Shown here: piece after piece, positions 55,009 through 63,337 of the stretch | Numbering within the stretch: position 1 is the first letter of the stretch | Layout of the letters: the number at the start of each line of letters is the position of its first letter | Translations under genes and position numbers: made by a program | Assembly (NCBI GenBank): GCA_944329385.1 | Contig: CALVIE010000002.1 | Coordinates: forward strand, 775 to 64,774 | Length of the DNA stretch: 64,000 nt | Reading direction: 5' to 3' | Source of the DNA: an uncultured Bacilli bacterium | Lineage (GTDB): Bacteria; Bacillota_I; Bacilli_A; RF39; UBA660 | The notes under the pieces: generated by a model | What the model saw: only the letters and a program-made list of their open reading frames with translations | What the model was told of the DNA's origin: nothing | Database searches by the model: none

Positions 55009-55560
55009 GTGATAAAAGTGATTGCTTTTGATATGGTAGGTGTGTTAGTAACTGAAAAGGATATTAATTTATCTTTAGAAGAGGATAAATTAGAACGATT
55101 ATTTGGAGATAATATTGATGATGCAGATTATTTGATGAATGCTAGGAAAATAATTTCTAAAGATTCAATTATAATGAGAATAACTGAAGATATTATAGAA
55201 AAATTATATAAAGTAAAAGATCCAAAAATATTTGAGAAAATTAAGGTTAAATATAATGATGTTAAAATTGTGATTGCTACTAATCATGTTTCATTTGTAA
55301 GAAATTATATAGGTGAACATTTAGATGTAAATTATTTGGATGATGTTATTATTTCTGCTGAAGTTCATAAGATAAAACCTAATGCCGACTTTTATCAGTT
55401 ATTATTAGATAAATATAATGTGAATCCTGATGAGATGTTATTTGTTGATGATAATCAAAAAAATGTTGATGGTGCGAAAAAACTTGGTATTAAAACAATT
55501 AAGATTGATAAAGGTATGGATGTATGTAGCGAAGTAATGAAATTTTTAGATAATATGTAA
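55009..55560 (+). CDS. HAD-superfamily hydrolase (atypical motif I)
   Basis: Motif I reads IAFDMVGVLV, with the second Asp replaced by Val. Motif IV is FVDDNQKNVDGAKKLG. The start is GTG. Confidence 0.7.
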   Translation: MIKVIAFDMVGVLVTEKDINLSLEEDKLERLFGDNIDDADYLMNARKIISKDSIIMRITEDIIEKLYKVKDPKIFEKIKVKYNDVKIVIATNHVSFVRNYIGEHLDVNYLDDVIISAEVHKIKPNADFYQLLLDKYNVNPDEMLFVDDNQKNVDGAKKLGIKTIKIDKGMDVCSEVMKFLDNM

Positions 55561-55563
55561 TAT

Positions 55564-55620
55564 AAAAGAGATTAATTATGATAACTTTAAAATTTATTTA
55601 TATCATTATTAATCTCTTTT
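55564..55620 (+). terminator. Strong hairpin terminator ending the RiPP-like operon
   Basis: ~20-bp arms aaaagagattaattatgata/tatcattattaatctctttt with one mismatch, followed by a T-rich tail. Confidence 0.7.
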
Positions 55621-55789
55621 CATTATTTTTATAACTTATGTATGTTTTTTTAAAACAAATTCTACTATTTGTATGGCAATTCCATAAAAAAATTAAATAG
55701 TTTAACCAAAGCAAAAAAAATAAGTTATAATTAACTAAAATTGTGGGAGTTGATTAGTTGTGAGTTTATAAATATAATAATAATGACAA

Positions 55790-56400
55790 TTTAAGCGATT
55801 TTATGTGGTTAAATAGATTATATAAATATTGCGTATTTTATGATGATAAAAGAAGATTATTTTACAAATTTATTAGGATTAGAAAATGGAATGACATCGC
55901 ATGATTGTTTGTCATATTTATTTTCTAGAATTGATTTCTAAAAATTTATGGAAGTGTTTATAGATTGGGTAAAAGAAATAGTTAAAATTAAAAGTGGTGG
56001 AAAATAAGTATATCTGGTAAAGCCATTAAAAGTGCACATTCTGTTTTAAAGATTAAAGATAATCAAAAGCAATTAAATAGAGATGTAAAAAGGCAGTTTA
56101 ATAAATTCAACAATTTATATTGGAGTAATGATGAAGTAAAAACTACAGAACATTATTATATAATTGATTATAAAATAGACATTGAAACATTAGAGAAAGC
56201 TATAAGATATAATTGAAATATTCAATATTCTCTTTACTGGAGATTAGAGGTAATTATGGATGAAGAACACTAAAGAAATAGAGAGGAAAATTTTATACAT
56301 AATTTAGATACTTTTTGAAAAATAGTATTTAATTTAGCTGATTTAGATAATAGTTTTGTATTTGATTTTAAAAATATAAAAAGACTGATATTTGAAGTTA
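55790..56400 (+). pseudogene. Decayed ISAs1-family transposase remnant
   Basis: Many stops and frameshifts, but recognisable blocks remain: GMTSHDCLSYLFSRIDF, ISGKAIKSAH (cf. IDGKTLRGS), LKIKDNQKQL (cf. KGNQ) and IRYN*NIQYSLYWRLEVIMDEEH (cf. IRxHWxIENxLHWxLDVxFxED). The central DDE region is deleted. Boundaries are approximate. Confidence 0.6.
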
Positions 56401-56449
56401 TTCCCCAAGTTACATATTAAAAACAATCGCTAAATATTTTTATACGATG

Positions 56450-56471
56450 CTATCCTTTTTTTGACTTTTAT
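56450..56471 (+). repeat. Right 22-bp direct repeat
   Basis: Exact match to 49718-49739. It contains the -35 box of the downstream operon. Confidence 0.9.
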
Positions 56472-56489
56472 TTTTTATTATTATATAAT
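56462..56489 (+). promoter_or_regulatory. Promoter of the Kdo/polysaccharide operon
   Basis: TTGACT (56462-56467), 16-nt spacer, TATAAT (56484-56489). Confidence 0.55.
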
Positions 56490-56514
56490 GAGAGTGTTAA
56501 AGTATGGTGATTGA

Positions 56515-57006
56515 ATGAAAATAAAACTTGTGTTAACAGATATTGATGGTTGTATGACTGACAACTGTGTTTTTTATACGCCAAGTGGTGATAAAGTAAA
56601 GAAGTTTAATATGGCTGATGGAATGGGTGTTAAGATTTTGCAAAACGAAGGACTATCAGTTGGGGTTATTTCAGGTGATAACAGTATGGCTTCTAAAAAA
56701 AGGATGGAAGATTTAAAGGTTAATTATATATATATTAATGTTAAGGAAAAGGATAAAATTTTGGATGAGCTTATTAGAAATTTAAATATTAAATTAGATG
56801 AAGTTGCCTATATGGGTGATGATTTACAAGATTTGTGTGTATTAAAAAAAGTTGGTTTATCTTTTTGTCCTAATAATGCAGTTAGTGAAGTTAAAGAATG
56901 TGTGAATGTTGTTTTGAATAAAAGTGGGGGCGATGGAGCTTTTAGAGAATATGCAGATTATGTTTTAGATTACAATAGAAAAATAGAAAGGAAGAATTTA
57001 GTATGA
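56515..57006 (+). CDS. kdsC: Kdo-8-phosphate phosphatase (HAD-IIIA)
   Basis: VLTDIDGCMTD, GVISGD and YMGDDLQDL in a 163-aa protein. Confidence 0.8.
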   Translation: MKIKLVLTDIDGCMTDNCVFYTPSGDKVKKFNMADGMGVKILQNEGLSVGVISGDNSMASKKRMEDLKVNYIYINVKEKDKILDELIRNLNIKLDEVAYMGDDLQDLCVLKKVGLSFCPNNAVSEVKECVNVVLNKSGGDGAFREYADYVLDYNRKIERKNLV

Positions 57007-57686
57007 AAGTAGTAGCATTTGTTCCAATAAAGTTAAATAGTAGTAGGTTGCCACATAAAAATATTTTAGATTTGAATGGTAAACCTTTATGTTATTATTT
57101 ACCAAATAATTTATTAAAGGTAAAAGGAATTGATGAGGTTTATGTTTTTTGTAGTGATGAGAGTATTAAAGATTATATTCCAAACGGGGTTAAATTTTTA
57201 AAACGTGATGAGTATTTAGATGGCGATTTGGTTAAAGGGCAGGAAATTTATGAGAGTTTTATAAATAAAGTTCCGGCAGATGTTTATGTGCTTGCACATG
57301 CGACGGCTCCTTTTATAAAGTCGAATACTATTGAAAATGCTTTGAGTAAAGTTTTATATGAGGATTATGATTCAGCTTTATCAGTAAAAAAAGTCCAAAC
57401 TTTTACTTGGTATCAAGGTAAACCTTTGAATTATGATTTAAATAATATTCCTCGTACTCAGGATATAGAACCTATTTTTTATGAAACTAGTGCTTTCTTT
57501 ATATTTAAAAAAGAAGTGTTTACAGATATGGGAAGAAGACGTATAGGAAATAAACCATATTTCCAAGAGGTTGATGATATTGAAGGTGTTGATATTGATT
57601 ATCCTAGTGATTTTTCTTTAGCTAAGGCTATTGCTTCTTTTGACGATAATTCTTTAGATGATTTTAAAATTTGGAAAGCGAGTTAA
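57003..57686 (+). CDS. Ulosonic-acid cytidylyltransferase (CMP-Kdo/CMP-NeuAc synthetase family)
   Basis: VAFVPIKLNSSRLPHKNILDLNGKPL is a CTP_transf_3-type N-terminus. It overlaps kdsC by 4 nt. Confidence 0.75.
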   Translation: MKVVAFVPIKLNSSRLPHKNILDLNGKPLCYYLPNNLLKVKGIDEVYVFCSDESIKDYIPNGVKFLKRDEYLDGDLVKGQEIYESFINKVPADVYVLAHATAPFIKSNTIENALSKVLYEDYDSALSVKKVQTFTWYQGKPLNYDLNNIPRTQDIEPIFYETSAFFIFKKEVFTDMGRRRIGNKPYFQEVDDIEGVDIDYPSDFSLAKAIASFDDNSLDDFKIWKAS

Positions 57687-57689
57687 AGG

Positions 57690-58313
57690 ATGATTAGAAG
57701 AGTTTTGCGAAAAATTAAACAAATTTTTGTTAAAAAGAATAATAAATTTAGTGATTGTATAATTGACATGCCATCTAGAGTTGATGATGGTGCTATTTTG
57801 AAAGAGTGCCAAATTGCAAGGGACTGTGATATTAGAAATGGTGTTGAAATTTTAGAACATTCTTATGTGAACAGAGGTTCTAATATTATGTCTGGTAAGA
57901 TTGGCAAGTATTGTTCAATTGGTTATAACGTTGATATTGGTATGTTTGAACATCCAGTTTCAATGGTAAGCAGTAGTAAGGAAATATACAAGTTTACTGA
58001 TGATTGGGAAGAAATATCTTCGCCGCCAATTATTGGAAACGATGTTTGGATTGGTAGCAAAGCAACGATACTACAGGGTGTTACTGTTGGAAATGGAGCT
58101 ATTATTGCAGCAGGTGCAGTTGTGACTAAAGATGTTCCACCTTATGCGATTGTTGGTGGAGTGCCTGCTAAGATTATTAAATATCGTTTTGATGAAGATA
58201 TTAGAAACCGTTTAGAAGAAATTAAATGGTGGGATAAAGATGATGAATGGATAGACAAATATAGAGTATATTTTAAGGATCCGAAAGATTTTTTAAAGAA
58301 AGTTGGGAGGTAA
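57690..58313 (+). CDS. Hexapeptide-repeat O-acetyltransferase (left-handed beta-helix)
   Basis: [53 protein letters not shown]. Confidence 0.85.
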   Translation: MIRRVLRKIKQIFVKKNNKFSDCIIDMPSRVDDGAILKECQIARDCDIRNGVEILEHSYVNRGSNIMSGKIGKYCSIGYNVDIGMFEHPVSMVSSSKEIYKFTDDWEEISSPPIIGNDVWIGSKATILQGVTVGNGAIIAAGAVVTKDVPPYAIVGGVPAKIIKYRFDEDIRNRLEEIKWWDKDDEWIDKYRVYFKDPKDFLKKVGR

Positions 58314-58316
58314 TTT

Positions 58317-59099
58317 ATGGAAAAGAAAATGTTACTTATTGCAGGTCCTTGTGTAATTGAAAGTGAAGATAATGTATTATTTATTGCGAAAAAGATGAAG
58401 GAGATTACTGATAAGCTTGATATTGATTATTATTTTAAAGCTTCTTTTGATAAAGCTAATAGAACTTCTATAACATCTTATAGAGGTCCTGGAATTGATG
58501 AGGGACTTAGAATTTTAAAGAAAGTTAAAGATGAAGTTGGTGTTAAGATAGCAACTGATATTCATGAACCTTGGCAGGCGGAAAAAGTTGCCGAAGTTGC
58601 TGATATTATTCAAATTCCAGCGTTTTTGTGCCGTCAAACAGATTTACTTATGGCTGCGGCTAAGACTGGTAAGTTAATCAATGTTAAGAAAGCACAATTT
58701 TTAGCTCCTTGGGATATGGCTAATGTTGTTAACAAGTTAGAGGAAAGTGGTAATAATAACATTATGCTTTGTGAGCGTGGTTCTTGCTTTGGATATAATA
58801 ATTTAGTTGTTGATATGACTGGTATGATTGAGATGAAAAAATTTGGTTATCCAATTGTATTTGATGCGACACATAGTGTTCAAAAACCGGGTGGTAAAGG
58901 AAATGCGACTGGTGGTAATAGAGAGTATGCAAAATATTTAGCTAAAGCTGCTGCGGCAATTGGAGTAAGGGCATTTTTTATGGAGGTTCATCCAAATCCA
59001 GATGAGGCTTTATCGGATGGACCTAATTCAATAAAACTTGATGATATTGAAGATTTATTAAAAACAATAATTAAAATTGCTGATGTGGTAAAGGAGTAA
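58317..59099 (+). CDS. kdsA: 3-deoxy-8-phosphooctulonate (Kdo-8-P) synthase
   Basis: [35 protein letters not shown] and FDATHSVQ. Confidence 0.9.
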   Translation: MEKKMLLIAGPCVIESEDNVLFIAKKMKEITDKLDIDYYFKASFDKANRTSITSYRGPGIDEGLRILKKVKDEVGVKIATDIHEPWQAEKVAEVADIIQIPAFLCRQTDLLMAAAKTGKLINVKKAQFLAPWDMANVVNKLEESGNNNIMLCERGSCFGYNNLVVDMTGMIEMKKFGYPIVFDATHSVQKPGGKGNATGGNREYAKYLAKAAAAIGVRAFFMEVHPNPDEALSDGPNSIKLDDIEDLLKTIIKIADVVKE

Positions 59100-59102
59100 T
59101 TT

Positions 59103-60083
59103 ATGGAAAAAAACACAATTGTTGATGATGGTAAAAAAGTTTTTAATATTGAAATTGAAGCTGTAAAAAAAGTTAGAGATACACTTGATGATCATTTTGA
59201 ACAGATAGCTAAGGCTTTGATTAACTGTAAAGGTAAAGTTATATTTACTGGTATGGGTAAATCTGGACATATTGCTAAAAAATTAGCAGCTACTTTTGCG
59301 AGTTTAGGCACACCTTCATTTTGTCTTCATCCGGCTGAGGCTTTACATGGTGATTTAGGTATGGTTTCTAAGGATGATGTGGTTGTAGCTATTAGTTTTA
59401 GTGGTGAAAGTGAGGAAATAGTTCGCATTTTACCTAATATTAAGAAGATACAGGCTACATTAATAGGTATTTCTGGAAATGTGAAGTCTACTTTAATTAA
59501 ACAAAGCGATATTTATTATGTGCTTCCACCAATTGAAGAGGCTTGTTATATGAAACTTGCACCTACTTCTAGTACAACATCTGTTTTAGTTTTAGGTGAT
59601 GCTTTAGCTGTCGTTTGTGCTAAGCAAAAAGCATTTACTAAGAAAGATTTTGCCTTATTCCATCCAGCTGGTGCTTTAGGTAAAAGTCTAATTATTACAG
59701 TTGGTGATTTAATGAAAACAGGTAAATATAATTCTGTTGTTAATATAAATTCTAGTTTTGAAGATGCACTTAATGAGATGTGTAAGACAACACTTGGAAT
59801 GGTTAGTGTTGTTGATGATAATAATAAATTAGTTGGAATTTTTACTGATGGTGATTTGCGTAGAAGTTTAGCTAAAAAAGTGGATATTTATTCTATGAAA
59901 CTAGATGATATTATTACTAAAAAACCATTAACTATAAATAAAGATATGCTTGCAGTTGAAGCGTTAAGGCTGATGGTGCAAGATGAAAAACATGTTTCTG
60001 TAGCACCTGTTGTTGATGAAAATGGAATATTACTTGGTGCATTAAAATCAGAAGATATTATTGATAGTGGAATAGTTTTATAA
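59103..60083 (+). CDS. kdsD: Arabinose-5-phosphate isomerase (SIS plus tandem CBS)
   Basis: SIS motif GMGKSGHIAKKLAATFASLGTPS, with a C-terminal CBS pair. Confidence 0.9.
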   Translation: MEKNTIVDDGKKVFNIEIEAVKKVRDTLDDHFEQIAKALINCKGKVIFTGMGKSGHIAKKLAATFASLGTPSFCLHPAEALHGDLGMVSKDDVVVAISFSGESEEIVRILPNIKKIQATLIGISGNVKSTLIKQSDIYYVLPPIEEACYMKLAPTSSTTSVLVLGDALAVVCAKQKAFTKKDFALFHPAGALGKSLIITVGDLMKTGKYNSVVNINSSFEDALNEMCKTTLGMVSVVDDNNKLVGIFTDGDLRRSLAKKVDIYSMKLDDIITKKPLTINKDMLAVEALRLMVQDEKHVSVAPVVDENGILLGALKSEDIIDSGIVL

Positions 60084-60088
60084 ATAAA

Positions 60089-60117
60089 GGGGCTGGTATT
60101 TGCCAGCCTATTTTTTT
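60089..60117 (+). terminator. Terminator or attenuator after kdsD
   Basis: Stem ggctgg/ccagcc followed by T7. Confidence 0.6.
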
Positions 60118-60131
60118 AGAGAGGTGGTATT

Positions 60132-61652
60132 TTGATTAGTAGAGGAAAAATTGCGATGAAAAATATATCTGCTAATTTGATATTACAATTAGTAATAATT
60201 GTTAGTGGATTTATAATGCCAAAACTATTGATAGGAAGTTTTGGTTCTGATACTTATGGTTTGGTTGCATCTATTACACAATTTTTATCGTTGATAATGT
60301 TGTTAGAAGCTGGTATAGGGCCAGTGATAAAGGCAAAACTTTATAAGTATATTGCAAATAATGATAAAAATAAAATACTTTTGGTTTTGAAAGATGCGGA
60401 TAGATTTTTAAAGAAAATAGGATTTATTTTTATTGTTTATGTAATTGTTTTATGTTTTTTATATCCTATTATGAATGATGAGTTTGAGGCTAATTTTACA
60501 ATTATAATGATTATTATTATGTCTATAGGAACACTTTGTGAATATTTTTTTGGAATTATTTATAATTTATATTTGCAAGCGGATAAAAAATATTATATTA
60601 CTTCTAATATTCAAATTGTATGTTATATTTTAAATATTATTTTGGTAGTATTATTAGTTAATATGGGGGCTTCAATAATTGCGGTTAAGATTGCTAATAC
60701 TTTAGCTTTTATTATAAAACCAATCTTTCAATCATACTATGTGAGAAAAAAATTAAATATTCATTTTGAAGAAGCTAAGGGAGAATATAAAATAGATAAT
60801 AAGTACGATGGTTTATCTCAACATGTGGCATATGTAATTTATTCTAATACAGCGGTGAGTATTTTAACTATTTTTACTAATTTAGCTACTGTTGCGGTTT
60901 ATTCTGTTTATAATTTAGTGTCTTCTGCTTTAAAAAATGTTGTGAGTGCTTTTTCTAATGGAATGGATTCAATTTTTGGAGATATGTTTGCTAGAAAAGA
61001 GAAAGATGTACTTAGACGTAGCTTTGGTATATATGAATTTTTATATTATACAGTTGTTTTAATATTTTTCTTGACAGCTATAATTTTAATAATTCCTTTT
61101 ATTAAAATTTATACTAATGGAATAACCGATGCAAATTACATTCATCCTTTGTTTGCAATTTTATTGATGATTGGGGGAATTGTTGGGTGTATTAGAGTTA
61201 TTTATTCAACTTTGGTTTATTCAATTGGGCATTTTAAACAAACTAATATGATTTGTTGGGTTGAAGCTATTGTTAATTTGGTGCTTTCAGTAATAGGGGT
61301 TATTAAGTTTGGACTTATGGGTATTGCTATTGGTCCTATTGTTTCTACTTTAATAAGGCTTTTGTATTTTATGTGGTATGCTTCAAAGGTTGTATTAGAA
61401 CGTGATAATATTATAAATATAAAGTGGCTGTTTATTGTAACATTACAGACTGTTATATGTAGTTTATTAACTTATTATGTGATTGATATTAATCCAGCAA
61501 ATTATTTTGAGTGGGTTTTATATGGTGCTTTTGTTTTATTAGTTGTGTCTATTTTTGTGATTGGTACAAATATTTTATTTAATTATTCTTTATTTAAAGA
61601 GGTATTGTCTTTTTTAAAAGAAAAATTTAGGGAGAAGAGAAATCATGTTTAA
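60132..61652 (+). CDS. MOP/Wzx-type polysaccharide flippase
   Basis: About 12-14 TM helices and about 500 aa, in a polysaccharide locus. The start is TTG 60132 or ATG 60156. Confidence 0.7.
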   Translation: MISRGKIAMKNISANLILQLVIIVSGFIMPKLLIGSFGSDTYGLVASITQFLSLIMLLEAGIGPVIKAKLYKYIANNDKNKILLVLKDADRFLKKIGFIFIVYVIVLCFLYPIMNDEFEANFTIIMIIIMSIGTLCEYFFGIIYNLYLQADKKYYITSNIQIVCYILNIILVVLLVNMGASIIAVKIANTLAFIIKPIFQSYYVRKKLNIHFEEAKGEYKIDNKYDGLSQHVAYVIYSNTAVSILTIFTNLATVAVYSVYNLVSSALKNVVSAFSNGMDSIFGDMFARKEKDVLRRSFGIYEFLYYTVVLIFFLTAIILIIPFIKIYTNGITDANYIHPLFAILLMIGGIVGCIRVIYSTLVYSIGHFKQTNMICWVEAIVNLVLSVIGVIKFGLMGIAIGPIVSTLIRLLYFMWYASKVVLERDNIINIKWLFIVTLQTVICSLLTYYVIDINPANYFEWVLYGAFVLLVVSIFVIGTNILFNYSLFKEVLSFLKEKFREKRNHV

Positions 61653-62529
61653 AAAAGTAGTTGATAAATTTTATGTACTTTTAGGTTATAGACGTTCTAA
61701 TAAATTAAAAAGATTTTTGAATTCTAATAAGAAAGAGAATAAGCAAATTTTAAAATGTAATGCTAAATTTTATAATTTACATAAAGGTAAACGTTGCTTT
61801 ATTATTGGTAATGGTCCGTCCGCTAAAAATATAAATTTTCAAGATTTAAAAAATGAATATACTTTTACAGTAAATCAGTTTGCACGATTTGAAAATTATA
61901 AAGATTTAAATTCTAACTATCATGTTTTTTCTGATGAACGTTTATTTGCATTAGATGAAAATAATCCGGATGATAGAGAAGCTTTAACATATTTGGCTAA
62001 AATAGCAGATTTAAGACCGAAAGTTCAATTTTTTTCAAAATTGTGTTCAAAGAATTTTTTTGAAAATGCATCAATTTTTAAAGATATTGATATTAATTAT
62101 TATATTGATGGTTTAGTATTTCATGATGGTTATGAGTTAGACTGTGATATTACGAAGCAAATTCCGTGGTTTCCAACGTGTATAGATTATTGTATTTTTA
62201 TTGCTATGTACATGGGATTTACTGAAATATATCTTTTAGGATGTGAATGTACAGGGTTTCTTAGGGCAACCATGTTTGATAAAAATATTAATGACAATAT
62301 TTCTTATGGTTATAATGTTTCTGATAACGAAAAAAGACGAATTGAAAGGCAATTTAAAATGTGTGGGATTGCAGATGAATTAGAGATTGGAGCTAAGGTG
62401 TTGAAATATTATGATTATTTAGCAAAAATGGCTAAACGTGATGGAGTACGGATTGTCAATTGTACTGATGGTGGAATATTAGAAAGTTTTGAAAGAATGT
62501 CTTTAGATGATGTTTTAAAAAAATCTTAA
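61645..62529 (+). CDS. DUF115/Maf-like putative ulosonic-acid glycosyltransferase
   Basis: CFIIGNGPSAKN is a Rossmann-like motif typical of DUF115 (motility-associated-factor type) proteins. The assignment is by recollection only. Confidence 0.4.
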   Translation: MFKKVVDKFYVLLGYRRSNKLKRFLNSNKKENKQILKCNAKFYNLHKGKRCFIIGNGPSAKNINFQDLKNEYTFTVNQFARFENYKDLNSNYHVFSDERLFALDENNPDDREALTYLAKIADLRPKVQFFSKLCSKNFFENASIFKDIDINYYIDGLVFHDGYELDCDITKQIPWFPTCIDYCIFIAMYMGFTEIYLLGCECTGFLRATMFDKNINDNISYGYNVSDNEKRRIERQFKMCGIADELEIGAKVLKYYDYLAKMAKRDGVRIVNCTDGGILESFERMSLDDVLKKS

Positions 62530-62615
62530 TTAAAAAGTCTATTGAAATTGTTTATTAATAGGCTTTTTTCGTGTATAATTATAGTTGAGATGTATTTATA
62601 AAAGTAGGAGGAGTT

Positions 62616-63326
62616 ATGCGAAAATTATTTGAACGCTTATATAAAAAAAGTAGTGAAGATTTTTATAAAGAAATGTATGAAAATTTAAAAAACAATAAAA
62701 AAGAATTTATTGTAACAGCTAATCCTGAAACTTTCATGAAGTCTTTGGAGGATAAGGAAATAGAAAAATTTTTACTTGATGAAAAGTCTACATTAGTACC
62801 TGATGGTATTGGAATTGTAAAAGCTGCACATATGCTTGATTACGATGTAAAAGAGAGGATTGCGGGTATTGATATTGCGACTAAGTTATTAGAGTATGGC
62901 AGTAAATTACATAAGAAAGTTTATTTGTTTGGTTCTAAACAAGAAGTTATTGATGATATGAAAAATGTTATTAAAAAAAAATATTCTGGTATTGAACTTA
63001 CTGGGGCCAAGAACGGCTATGAAAAAGATAAGGATAAGGTGTTTTTAGATATTGTTTCTAAAAAACCGGATATTGTTTTGGTAGCTTTGGGTATTCCTTT
63101 GCAAGAAAAACTTATTTATAAATATTTAGATAAATTTGAAAAAGGAATATTTGTTGGGGTTGGAGGTTCTTTTGATGTTATCAGTGGTCATAAAAAAAGA
63201 GCGCCTAAAGTATTTATTAAGCTCAACTTGGAATGGCTATATCGTATAATGAAGGAACCTAGTCGTTTAAAACGTTTTTATGATAGTAATGTAAAATTTA
63301 TTTTTAAAGTTAGAAAGTATAAGTAA
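62616..63326 (+). CDS. tagA: WecG/TagA/CpsF-family N-acetylmannosaminyltransferase
   Basis: TANPETFM, VPDGIGIV, VGVGGSFDVISGHKKRAP and LEWLYRIMKEPSRLKR. Confidence 0.9.
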   Translation: MRKLFERLYKKSSEDFYKEMYENLKNNKKEFIVTANPETFMKSLEDKEIEKFLLDEKSTLVPDGIGIVKAAHMLDYDVKERIAGIDIATKLLEYGSKLHKKVYLFGSKQEVIDDMKNVIKKKYSGIELTGAKNGYEKDKDKVFLDIVSKKPDIVLVALGIPLQEKLIYKYLDKFEKGIFVGVGGSFDVISGHKKRAPKVFIKLNLEWLYRIMKEPSRLKRFYDSNVKFIFKVRKYK

Positions 63327-63337
63327 GGAGTGTTAAT

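Larger units (their letters stand above)
49718..56471. mobile_element. Candidate 6.7-kb inserted island bounded by 22-bp direct repeats
   Basis: ctatcctttttttgacttttat occurs at 49718-49739 and again at 56450-56471. The interior holds the RiPP-like operon and a decayed transposase. Confidence 0.45.
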
